Below are positions 24,962 through 37,497 of a stretch of DNA of 64,000 bases, piece after piece (position 1 is the stretch's first letter; each line of letters starts with the position of its first letter). The stretch is from Balanoglossus misakiensis (lineage: Eukaryota > Animalia > Hemichordata). Where the stretch lies: assembly GCA_040954595.2 (NCBI GenBank), contig CM082579.2:5817625-5881624 (forward strand), read 5' to 3'. Made by a program: the position numbers and the translations under genes. A model generated the notes under the pieces. That model was given only the letters and a program-made list of their open reading frames with translations. It had not been told where the DNA came from and ran no database searches.

Positions 24962-27411
24962 ATGGCGGCGGTTGAGAAAGTAACACGTCTGGCGACTGAC
25001 TCAAAGCTTTTTGCTTTGCTTCTCTTATATTTGTGTTCGGTCGAAGCATATACCGAAGGTAAGGAGCAGGCGATTATGCGAGAATCGTGATAGCTCATAT
25101 TAAATAGGCTTAAAACACACGAGTATCCATTTATTTTGGGTGAAAACTGAGAGCAAATCCTGGCACTGGAGTTGGCACTGGTACATGTACAGAGTGATAC
25201 AGTCTGTACATCACTGTGAAGGTGATCAGGTGGACTTCGGCCTACACGTACATTGTAGATGAGGTTAGGTGATAGTATTGTAGGTATATCTCAGCCTTCG
25301 CTCTCGCCGATCGAGGTCAACAGATTTGATTTATGAATTGTGTGCGATAAAAAAACGGGCTTCAAGTTCAACGCGGAAGTCTGTACCCTCAACTGTTCCA
25401 TTGCATTTGTACATGGACGGAAGTGATCGTGCCACGCCCTGTGTGTTCGGGCTCGAAGGTAGCTGCGGTTCAGTAGCTCGATTTTGCCTTGTTTGTAAAC
25501 CTAGAGCTACTGAACTGCAGCTAGCTCGAAGGGTGATCATCCAGTATGGAGCATGAGAAGGGAAAGGGACTCCTTTCCAAAACCATGATGAGCACAGCCT
25601 ACATATAAAACGGGGGGGGGGGGGGGGGGGAACCACTGCGCCATTAACGACTTGACAGTTGACGTGATGAAGACAACGCCTGACTTGACCAGAGGGGGGG
25701 GGGGGTTACCTACAAAGACATTGCTTTTGTATTATTATTGTAATAATGATGGTGAATTTGGCTTTTGTTCGTGCATCCTTTTTCAGTGCTGTGTGTTTGC
25801 TGAAGATCACACTTGAAGTGACTTCCCACAAGTCAACTCCTCAGCAAATTTGTGTACTGCTATTGATTATACGTGTTGTTCTTCTTGACATATCTGACAG
25901 TTTCCATGTTTGAATACGACACATGTCCACAAGACGTTTATGACGACGCCGGCGTTTTCTACACGTACCCAACCGGAACCTCCTGGCTGACGGACGGGGA
26001 TTCGTTCGAATGCGAAGCCACAGTGAGTACGTACACGTACCACAGCAAGCGATACTACCTCTCCTTCGAGGAATTCAGCGTACCCACAGATTTGTCCGAT
26101 TGCTCGGACCACAAGTTGGAAATCTACGACGGACTCTCTAGGGACCCGGCAGCTCTGGTCGCCCGCTTATGTGATGATTCGCCACCGGAAAAGTACTACC
26201 TGACATCGGGGAACAGCGTGACTGTGTATCTGTACAGAGGTCCTGGCGTCAGCGAGTCAGCGGACTTCAGGCTTAAATTCGTGGGATTCAATAATGATCC
26301 AGGTAAGTATTTTATTTGTGTAATTATTTACCATACCATTTTATCAACACCCTGCAGGCACAGCTGAGTTGGGCCTCTAACTAGGGAAATCGTGAGGAAA
26401 GGGTTAATAATAATATAGGAAAACCTGTCCAACCCCAACTCTGCCTGATCTGAAAACCTGTCTATACCAAACACTTTTTCTTGTCGTTTTGACATATGAA
26501 CCAACTTCTGTAAACCAGACACCTCTGCAAACCAACCAATTTCTTCAGTCTCTGTGGTGTTCAGTTTAGACATGACTGAGATTTTTTTTTGCACAGATCC
26601 TGGAAAGGACTGCTTCGATTGTAAAACAGATGATATCTCTATGTGCATTGATGAAACTATGAAGTGTGATTTCAACGAAGACTGCCCCAATGGCTTTGAT
26701 GAAAGCCTAGAAGATGACGGAGGATGCGGAGGTATGTATGGACAGGAATGTGCTAGCACGTACAAAGAGTTACCATGACAATGTTTGCTTGACAAATCCC
26801 TTAAAGAGTGCAATCTCATCACTGGCATTACTGATAGGCAACCGCATAAATTTTGAGGTTTGGAGAGAGTACTTTGACAGACTAGAAGATGTTCATCTGT
26901 ACATGCATTTGCTATGTAATGGCGGTGTCTTCTCTGTTTTTCAGTGATATCTGATATTATTGGCTTGGCTGTGATTATTGGCATAGTTATTGCTGTTATA
27001 ATTGGCCTTGCCATCGTCATCGGTATCGTGATTTGCTGCTGCTGCTGCTACGGCGCATCGCAGGCAGGACGGGGGAGGAACACCACCACGGTTGTGACCA
27101 CCGGCGGTTCCAACCCGGCCCAGACCTACGCTCCCGGACCCCAGACAGGTTACCCAACCCAGCCCGGTTACCAGCCTCCACCAGGCGGTTATCAGCAGCC
27201 ACAGGGAGCCTACCCACCACCCCAGGGGGCCTACCCACCACCCCAGGGAGCCTACCCACCACCCCAGGGGGTCTACCCACCACCCCAGGGGGCCTACCCA
27301 CCCCAGCCAGGCTACCCACCACAGCAGCCACCCCCCGGCTATCCCGGAGCCGGACAAGGTGTAGGTTTTAATGCTGAACAACAGCAAGTGGCCTTCCCAC
27401 AGAAAGAATAG
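24962..27411 (+). CDS. CUB-LDLa-TM receptor, paralog C, with juxtamembrane poly-Cys and YPPPQG-repeat tail
   Basis: Exons 24962-25058 (signal), 25901-26302 (CUB), 26597-26731 (LDLa, CFDC..CIDETMKCDFNEDCPNGFDES) and 26945-27411 (TM, CCCCCY, Pro/Tyr/Gln-rich tail). GT-AG, phase 1 introns. Confidence 0.92.
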
Positions 27412-28363
27412 AAGTCTGAAGATTTTCCAGGCCTGCCATAGTGTTAGGAGATGTGAAATCTGCCATATTAATATTGTATGGAGCAATGGTTGTGGATGCT
27501 TTTTTACCTAGCATAACCATGATCTTGTCAAGATCTGTGTCATGGTATTGCTTGTAATGTATGTAATTTAAAAATGTGTGATTACTCAATAATACCATTA
27601 TTAATTAGATGTTTCAATGTATGCGTACAGGGTTTGTCCTAAATCTCTTTTATGATTTTAAATTTTAACTGCGTGTTGTCAAATTGAAGTTTGAATTGAA
27701 GCCAGTTATAATTCTACACACAATGTCAAATAAGCATTTCCAAGTGGAAATGCATAAGAAATCTTAGACTTTGTATTTTTAGTAAAAGACCAGGAGCATG
27801 TATATAAAGGTTGTCTCAGGAATTTGATACCAAAGACTGAAACGCACAATATTCACAGTGTATTTCTACTAGAAAATATTGTCTTCAACAAAAAGTACCA
27901 AAAAAGGGAAAAGTGAATTGAACTTTTATCTTATAATATTTGTAAGTTTTGTGTCATTTCAGGTGGTATAGTTGTATTTCGATTTGTTTGGAAATAAATA
28001 TTCTCATGGATTAAAAATATCATCTCATTCATTTGTTTACGTTGCCTAATGACAAGTCTTGTCAGTTTCAGCGAGGCTGATTTGTTTTAAATATTGAAAA
28101 CAACGATTTTTCAACATTTTACTGCAAAGTTTGTTTTCACCTTCATCTGAGGAGTCAGTGATTTCCTTCCTTGTCCATTGTTATGTTTCAGAACTTTTTT
28201 CTCTGTTTCATTGTCCTTTTTGGGGGTTACGACTGTGTTTGCGAAAACCTTAAGACCCTTTCCACGGAGAGAAATGGGTCTCTCCTGCGGGATTCTGGAT
28301 GTCACGTACCCTGGTCACGTACACGCACGCATTGTCTCGCGCCTGCGCAGTGATGCTACATAT

Positions 28364-31300
28364 ATGGACAGAGGAATGGCGAGGAAAGTGGGAGTGATGG
28401 TTGCGACTTTGCCCGTACAGCTCATCGCGCTGGTTCTCTTGCAATTCTTTTCGGTTGACGCATTCACGAGAAGTAAGTTGCCAAAATGTCATGTTACTGA
28501 TGATGCTGCATGGGTCGTCTACAATAACGTTCCCGATGAGCTCGTCTATCTAGGCCCTAGCTACGTCTATGTTGAAAGACACGGGGCTGTGCTTAAGGGG
28601 TGGACCATTTGATATGCGTGGAGGGGGCAGTGGGACTTTCGGGAGAGGGGGGAAATATTGCCAGGCAACAAATCACTAAATGGAGAGTTTGAACATTGAC
28701 TTTGTAAAAATTAGTTAAGAACCTATCCAATGTTTTCTTGGTTCAACATGATTTTCCACTTAACCATGGAAAAAAAAACTAACATATTTCAGCAAGAATA
28801 ATCACTGACACGTATGGATGAAATTTTTGGACAACTTCGTAAATCTATAAAACTATCCAGACCCCTGCTTTTTACATTCAGCTAAATAAGGAAACACATT
28901 TTCAGACGCTGAGATTATTTTGCTTTGAATTTTTCAATGCGATGTTTGTGTAAGCCAAATGTGTGTGCCTTAATAGATGAAAAGAGAAAGTGTTGGATCT
29001 ATAACGTTATTTATAGCCCATGTTGACATTACTAAAAAATAAGCTTTGTATTGAACAAAAATACTTGCTGCTTCGTGGTACCACTTTGAAAAAAAAATCG
29101 TAGTTATGGTCGAAAAATATGGAAAGTTCCGTTTCATTCAGCCCCACTCAAATTACCATATGGGTTACCCCTTATCACATAGCGGATTACACGCCCTTGA
29201 AAAATAAGCATTTTTGGCGGTGAACCCTGGATGACACAATAACATTCCGCCGCATCAAAGCGGCGGCGTGTCCACAGCTATTAAACGCGCGCATAAATGT
29301 CGTTCAAATTTAGGTTTAAAAAATCCGTCAATTTGACAATGTCACGGTGCCCTTGGCATCTCTCCCGGATGATGTGATAAGCTGAAAATGTATTGCAGAC
29401 ACCGCACATATATAACGACCTGTCGATAAACATGATTTATATGAAAAGGCGTGTATGTTGTTAATGCTGGGTATTGCTGTCAACGAGGTAGACTCATTAT
29501 ATCGGCGTTCGTTGCCACGCGACAGTATAGCGTGTCTAGAGAAGGAGAGACTTGTTTTCCCACGACTGAAGTTGGGTGACATTTTAATGCAGCGATTTCC
29601 AAAATATTACAGTTTTGATAATTATTTTCATCCTTTCAAAACGATTTTAAAACCGAGTCTCGCTTTATGGTATATTGCGTTTAAACATCGCTCTCAGCAT
29701 GACTTATTGGGATCGAATAGGGACACATGCCAATACAGTATAGTATTTGCCTTGAAATTGGTGACAGTTTTCGGCAGGTCTCTATGTCTGTTTAGTTTTG
29801 TACTCTTGCCAGCTCGGATTGCATAGATTGCCCAGAAGAATTTTTATTCCACGTTTCGCTACATATGATGACGTTCATGCATTCTTTGTAAATTTGGCAT
29901 TCTCATTTTTTACCAATTAGTAATATCAAACTTATTAATATGACAATGCGCTGCTGCTTACATACATAAATTTGCTTTATGATAGCCCTCGAAATATGGC
30001 CACTGGCCTGTTGTTATTTTTTCCCCTTAATTCTGGGTCCAGTACTGACTCGCACGTCTCTCTCCTGCCTTGACAAACTTTTTGACAAACTTGGCTTTGA
30101 AATTAGGTCTGAAAATTCTCACCGTGTTGTTTCATGCCCGGCCCAGTTCTTAAACGTGCCCATTTTTTTCGATATGTGTGCGAGGATAGTGGACTGTGAT
30201 TTTATCGGCATTTTGTTCTTTACCTGATTCGTGAGTCACAGGTTTCCTTCCAACTTGTCTTATATATTTTGCTTCATGAGAAACTCTATCATCAGGTGTA
30301 AAGTGTGTTTGCTACATTTCAGTTGAAATGAGCGCAAGTGGTTTATTTTCCGATTGCTGGGAAACGATTGAGGACAGGAGTGGAGTGGTCTACTGGAGTG
30401 GCATTTCGAGAATACGTTACGATCGTTGGAGGTGCGAAGTTAAAGTCTCTACATGGCCATGGAATGAGTACGGTGGGTACAAAGCTTCGCTCCCGGATGG
30501 CGTCTTCCTCCATTTCTCGAAGTTCTACTTGCCAGCAAACGCCTCCGACTGCTCGGACCACTACCTAGAAATCTATGACGGAAACAAATGGCCAACGGAC
30601 CTTATTGCTCGATTGTGCCAGCTGAACGGTGACACTACAATACCGGGACCTTTCCGCACAACCGAAAATTGGTTCACTCTATATTACTACAGGGAAAGCA
30701 AAACCAGAACGACTGACTTCCGGATTTCGTTTGTAGCAGTCCACGACGTTGGTGAGTTGAAACTAGAAGTTGCAAACTGCAACGAAAGGAAGAAAATATT
30801 GTCAAGTGAGAGATGAGGGGGAATCTTCAGTGAAGAAAGCCAGTTTTACATTGTTGACTTTATGTATTCTGCTCGGGTTGGCAACAGGATGCCCGGGCTC
30901 TGATTGCGTTTTTGTTAATTTATTGTTTGTTTGTTTGTTTGTTAGTTTGATTGTATGTTTACGAATGCATACATGGAGTAAACACCAACATAGCTAAAGA
31001 GTTAACAGTATATATGTTTGTTTGTTAGCAGCTAACTTGTGTTCAAAATGGTTGTGTGCGACAAAAATTTAAAATTTATTGACCAATTCCGAGCAAATGA
31101 AAGTACAGAGTTTACTTTGTGATCGGTTTCAGATGGTAGCTGCTTCGATTGTAAGTATAATGAAACCGCAGATCCGGTGTGCATTGATGCCGAGCTGAAA
31201 TGCAATGGTGATAAAGACTGCCCTTATGGCCGTGATGAATCATGGGATGCTGGTGGTGGATGTGAAGGTATGTTATGATAGTTTAGTTTCCTTTTTACCA

Positions 31301-31745
31301 CCCTTTTTTGCCTTTTCAAATACATTGTTTTTACGTTTTCAGTGAATTTTGATGGCCAACTTATGTTAAAATCACGGACCTTTTTTTTTTCTTTTCTCTT
31401 GATGTTGTTATAGTAACCACCAACATTCTCAGTCTGGCCCTCATCATTGGCATTGTGGTAGCCGTTCTGGTTGTACTCATCGTCATCATTTGTGTGGTCG
31501 TTTGCTGCTGCTGTGTCTATAAAGGGTCACGGTCAGGATCTTCGAGGACCACCACTACAACTGGCGTGGTGGCAACCCAACCAAGTTACCCGCAGCCAGC
31601 CCAGGGAGCCTACCCACCACCCCAGGGAACCTACCCACCCCAGCCTGCCGCCGGGTACCCGCAACAGCAGCCAGCCCCAGGCTACCCCCAAGGTGTTGGC
31701 TACAGCACTGGCCAAGAGAATGTGGCCATGTCAGAGACAGTGTGA
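28364..31745 (+). CDS. CUB-LDLa-TM receptor, paralog D
   Basis: Exons 28364 (or the next in-frame ATG)-28472 (signal), 30323-30751 (CUB), 31133-31267 (LDLa, CFDC..CIDAELKCNGDKDCPYGRDES) and 31414-31745 (TM, CCCCVY, PY-rich tail). GT-AG, phase 1 introns. Confidence 0.9.
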
Positions 31746-32032
31746 TAGAGCAAAAGAAAATATGTTTGCTTCTGCAGCATCAATCTGATTAAAATTAGAT
31801 GTGGGGCGATACGCCAAAATTACCTTTTGTTCAGCAATCTAACTTCTACGTATTTCCCCAAACTCTAAGATGTAGACACTAAAAAATAGATGAAAATGTT
31901 TTCCTTGAAATGATCAAAAATGTACATTTTATTGAATCTACTTTTCTCTTAAATAAGTTTTTGTACACAGGCCAACCATTATTCTCAGTCTGCATGTCTG
32001 AAGGGCTATGTATATGTCGCCCGATTAGGTGT

Positions 32033-32160
32033 GAATGAGTGAATGAATAAATCAATGAACGAATGAATGGATGAATAAATGAATAAATCAATGAACGAAT
32101 GAATGAATGAATGAATGAATGAATGAATGAATGAATGAATGAATGAATGAATGAACGAAT
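32033..32160. repeat. Imperfect (GAAT)n microsatellite
   Basis: Visible GAAT/GAAC run. Confidence 0.9.
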
Positions 32161-33340
32161 AAATTTACGCTGTATAGAGAATTAAACCCTATAGACACAT
32201 GAAACCGAAATACTTTACCTCTATTGGTGAAAATTGTTCTGTTCTTGATGTCTGCGAGAGAGAGAGAGAGAGAGGTAAGGAGAGTAAGAGAGGGAATACT
32301 TCATCACTTTTCCGTTATATCAGTGCACTTTTATGCTAACGATATGTTCATGATTTGTCAAGGTTTCCGACCAAGTATTACCCCGACGCGGTACTTGACT
32401 GGCGTTAGATGTAATCTAGATACAGGACATCATCAAGATTGAACAATCGGCGTCAAGGTTGACACCGACGTTTTATGCATGAATAGATTGAGGCCATAAC
32501 AATATACAAACATGTATTTAACTTGTAAATTTAAATTAAAAATCTTGTAGAAATAACAAATTAGCCCCTATTTCTGGAAGTGATCTTGACTTTTGACCTT
32601 GATACAATCTGATTAAAATCAGATATAGAGAACGGCGACGTCTTTTACAATACGCGGTACGGTTTTCTTATGCTGTCGCGTGAGGCGACCTTGATATTGA
32701 TATGAATCATATAGTACTACATGTAACCTGCTGTAACATTGAACGCATCAGTCACGTCTACAATTTTAAATAACGCAAATATAATCTGCAATTCCTACTT
32801 TAGGCCTATATTGATTTATCATCGATTGATTATAATCGTTATAGCAGGTTTTGTACATTTAATAAGCGTATAAAACACACGTGCACCTAGAACATTTGTG
32901 ATTGGTAAGCTAAGGCATGGCATGACAGTAATTAAATTAGGCGTTCTTGGCCAATAGGCCGAATCACCTATACTCTCTGGTTTGATCTGGAAGTGCAAGT
33001 CAAACGGGGTGAAATATGCTTGGAAAGACGAGAAGAGATAAATAAATGCCGCTGCCACTATTAAAGTTTTGTGTGATCTATTTTATGTTTCAGTAATTTA
33101 TACAAGTATTTCAGTAATGTTTGCATGTATGTTCGAGACTGATGTGATCGGATAGGTTGAACGCGTTATGTGTGTCACGTCACGTCATGGCCCGTTATTT
33201 TGTGCAGTGTCGCAAGTCTTTTACATACATGCAGCCCGTGTTCGGATGTGCAGTTTGAGGAGTGATTCAACACTTTTCATCACGAGTACTTTTCGAAGTG
33301 AAAGGTGCCACACGCATGCGCAGTGGTGTAATCTTGACAA

Positions 33341-36300
33341 ATGGCGAGGAACATGAAGGCGAAAGTGATGTTTGGAAACGCGATTGTACAGCTGTGCTCG
33401 CTGCTCCTTCTCTATCCGATTTATTCGGTTGAAGCATATGCCAACAGTAAGTACTAACCCATATAGTGTTATTAAGTTTGGCAACCATAGACGCAACGCA
33501 CGGTTCTCATAGTCTGGTCGGTGGTATGTACATTATTATAATTATGTAGGCGATATCTACACTCACAAAGATACAAACTTCCTGTTGTGAAATTTATATC
33601 TAGCACTTAGGTCTACCCCAGCAGCAGCTTCGTCCAGTTGAGTTGTATAAATTTTGTCTTGCCGTATCCCCTGGGTTCGTTGCTGTTCTAATTTGCCAAC
33701 TAAAGCGTACTATATAATAGTATAGTGTACCACACCCCTGGACACACCCCAAGAGAATCCATGATGATGTCCGTTTTGACGTGCGTCAAATGTCACGAGT
33801 TTTGCGTATTGACGACATTTGCATATCTGTATGTATGTCTAATTATGTTCGAGGCTGATATGATCGGATATTAACGCAGTATTTGAGTTTTAATCTGCAT
33901 CGTACCGGTATATATATAGTGTCTCAAGTCTTCCGTTTTACCACTGGGGCAACAGAAATATGATATGGGTGTAGCTGTAACGGGACATAGTAAATTGTAC
34001 TGCCACGCGCAAGCGAGTCGGACCTTGGACTGTACCATTCTGTGGTGGCGTTGGTCAGCATTAGGGTTGGCGTTAGCGTGGGTTTAGGGTAATGAAAGTT
34101 TTTTTGAAATGACTTTATTTAAAACTGAAGCTTGACTTCGTTCACGAAACCAAATCACTTCAGTCATTTTTAAATACAGTCATAACCTTAACCCTAATGC
34201 TAACCATAACCGTAATTCCTACTATCTCCACCAGAGAATGGTAGAGTCAAACATATCTTTGGCTGGGAGCCTATGGGCTCAGTCCCTCATTTAGGGTATG
34301 ATAAATATGCCTAGGAGGGGGGGGGGGGGGGGGTGCTGGGGTCAGTTTATTTTTGCTCCATAACAAATTTCATATACATGTACCTATTGTACAGAACATG
34401 AATCTGATTGTTATGTGCAATTGTGCAGTCCATTCTATTGCCCCAATTAGTATTTATGAATAAATTAATGGACCTCTGTGTAAAGACCACCTGTCTAAAA
34501 AAAACAATTAGCTCCAGTCCATCCACCGGTCTAACGGTCTTTATGCGCAGATTTGACTCAGACTGTATGAAATCTATTTAATTAGTTGAAAAGCATTAGC
34601 TTCATCTGAGTCTTCCTTCATTATAGCATTTAGGAATTTAAAATTTAAATACAGCTATATGCACAAGCTTTTGGTGCAGGCAAGCCCCCAAGACTGCTCT
34701 GTTTGTCATCAGTCATAGTGCCTGCAGCTGAATATGCGACCATCGTACAACTAAGTTGAATTGTTCTAATTTCTGTCAAAGCTACTAGGAAAGACTAGCC
34801 CTATCCATTCCCATTACAATACCAATTACATGAAAAATCGTGTCGAAATTTGTTTGAATCACCCATAGTTTCATTACCTAATGTACCGGCATTAATAATT
34901 AACATTTTAATAAATGAATAGGCTATCTATGGCTAAAAGTCGATAAAAATAGAAAGTTCGACAGATCTATAGTTCACTGTACCTATAATAGTATTTACAC
35001 AAATGTAGGTCTATATGTATTATGTATACATATTATTGTATGTTTGTACGTTTGTATGTATACCATGTATACATGAAAGCAAATTGATCAAACCAACCCA
35101 GGCGGAAGGAGCTGGGCAATCCCTTTAGCTTTCACTCAAACACTTCAATATTGACTATGATTGATGATCTGCCCTGTAGGCCTCATAATAGCCATAAGGG
35201 AATAGCGAGAAATTGAACATCATAATAATTAACGAACATTCACCAGTTCATGAGTGTACATTGAATAATTTATTCATCTCTAGAATGTGTTCGGAATGTA
35301 GCTTTCCTTGGAGGCCCCATCCTCTTGTAGCATAAAACCTAATTGTCTACAACACGTTTACCTCAGCAAGAGCCGATTAGGGTCAAAGTTCACACAATGC
35401 AGTCATCTTTTATGCATAATGGGCGTTTTCTCTAGATGGAAAGAAACATTCTGGTTTTTCAAGGGTCTTTTTAGTACCCATGGAAATACCAGTACATTGT
35501 GAACACCCTGCCCATATATCTTTATTTGTCCCTGTGGACACATGATCATTCTGGCATGTCTTGATATCCTTGCATAAAATTGGCATATATGCAGCTGCTG
35601 CTATAAATTTTGATGGTATGACTGAGTTTACCATTTTGAGTTTACCACTGGAATGGTCAATCGTACTACATGTCTTGCAAATTGTGAACTCTTACTCATC
35701 CTAATACAAAAACAAAATGAATTTTGACTGTCAGGAATAGGGGAATGTCGTGGATAATATCAAAATGTTCACACACTTCCCAGACCTTCAGCAAAACATC
35801 GATGCATATATGACTGGTGTTGATCAGATGGGGACTGTGTCCTGCATTGACAGTAACCTGTCTATAGCTCAATCACAATACGTGTCCATTATTAACCGAG
35901 CAATTATGTTGTTTGTTAAATTGCAGTTCAAATGGGAGGTTACTTTTCCGACTGTGATGACTACAGTTTTGAGAGGAGTGGAACTATTTACTCAGACGGG
36001 ACGGATCAAACAGAGAACGACTGGCAGTGCGAGGTGAAAGTCAACTCGTACGATTTCAACAGCGATCGCTTCTACATCCGCTTCTCCAGTTTCTCTCTGC
36101 CGGCTGACAACTCCGACTGCTCCGACCACTACCTGGAAATCTACGACGGAACTTACGCGACCCCTTCATCACTGATCACTCGCCAGTGCCAGCTGAACGG
36201 TGACATCGCAGTGCCGGGACCATTCTACACGGCCGGGGACAGCTTCACAGTGGTGGTGTACAGAGCCGATTACTCCACCAGTACAGAGTTTAAACTGTTT

Positions 36301-37497
36301 TTTGCAAAGTACAGTGACACAGGTGAGTAGACGTCATCAGTGAATAAACGCTAGCTTTTGGCTCGACCTGCCATTTCGATAAGATTTGAAAATGTCTGTC
36401 TCCTCAGTATAGAAATTGGAATGTTTAAAACAAAGGGCTTAAACTTAATCCCAAAACTACAACATTATACTGTCATACTTTGAAGAAAGTGTCTTCAGTA
36501 TATAACATGATAATACTTGTTTTTTTGACACTTTTTTCATTCTTATACAATTTTAGTTTCCGGGGATGGTTCGTGCTTTGACTGTAAACGCAACGACACT
36601 ACAGTGTGCATTGACAATAACCTGAAGTGTGATGGTAATAACGACTGCCCTGATGGCTTAGATGAATCACTAGCAGAAAATGGTGGATGTGACGGTATGT
36701 CAGGACAGTTAACTTTCATACAGTGTTTTTCAAGATGGCATTGCATACCACAATAGCTACATGCTGTTTGTATGGAGACTGATTAAATCGGTGCGGCACC
36801 GGCCGTTTTAATACATAGCGTGTTCAAATTGCAAATTACAACATGCAGTCACAATCGGGCATCGATAAGATGTTCATGCATGTATACCTATCAGTAAGCT
36901 TATTTAGATGGACCAATTTAAGTTGGAAAATAAAATCATGAAAATCATGCTAAAAGTGGCAGCTCTAGAGGCTTTTATTTTTTCAAATATCTCATGTAAA
37001 TGTTCGCATAGATTGGAGTATAAACATGTCTGAAAACTTTCTATTTTACAGAAATTTTAGGGGTAGTCACAGACATCCTGAATCTGGCCCTCGTCATTGG
37101 TATTGTGGTAGCCGTTTCTGTTGTAGTCATCATCATCATTTGTGTGGTCGTGTGCTGCTGCTGTGTCTATGGTGCGTCACGACGGTCAGGCTCTTCGAGG
37201 ACCACCACCACAACTGGCGTGGTGGCAACCCAACCAAGTTACCCGCAGCCAGCCCAGCCAGGCTACCAGCCAGCTCCGGGCGGCTACCAGCAGCCACAGG
37301 GGGGCTACCCGCCACCCCAGGGGGCCTACCCACCACCCCAGGGGGCCTACCCACCCCAGCCTGCCGCCGGGTACCCGCAACAGCAGCCAGCCCCAGGCTA
37401 CCCACCTCAGCAGCCACCCCCGGGGTACCCCCCGGTCGGACAAGGTGTTGGCTACAGCACCGGGGAAGAGAAAGTGGCCATGCCAGAGAAAGTGTAG
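33341..37497 (+). CDS. CUB-LDLa-TM receptor, paralog E
   Basis: Exons 33341-33446 (MARNMKAKVMFGNAIVQLCSLLLLYPIYSVEAYAN, not in ORF track), 35927-36322 (CUB), 36557-36694 (LDLa, CFDC..CIDNNLKCDGNNDCPDGLDES) and 37052 (or 37061)-37497 (TM, CCCCVY, PY-rich tail). GT-AG, phase 1 introns. Confidence 0.9.
34025..34251. mobile_element. MITE/foldback-like element in intron 1 of paralog E
   Basis: About 24-bp imperfect terminal inverted repeats (TTGGACTGTACCATTCTGTGGTGG ... CCACCAGAGAATGGTAGAGTCAAA) with inverted TTAGGG-like subterminal runs (CATTAGGGTT / AACCCTAATG). Confidence 0.55.
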
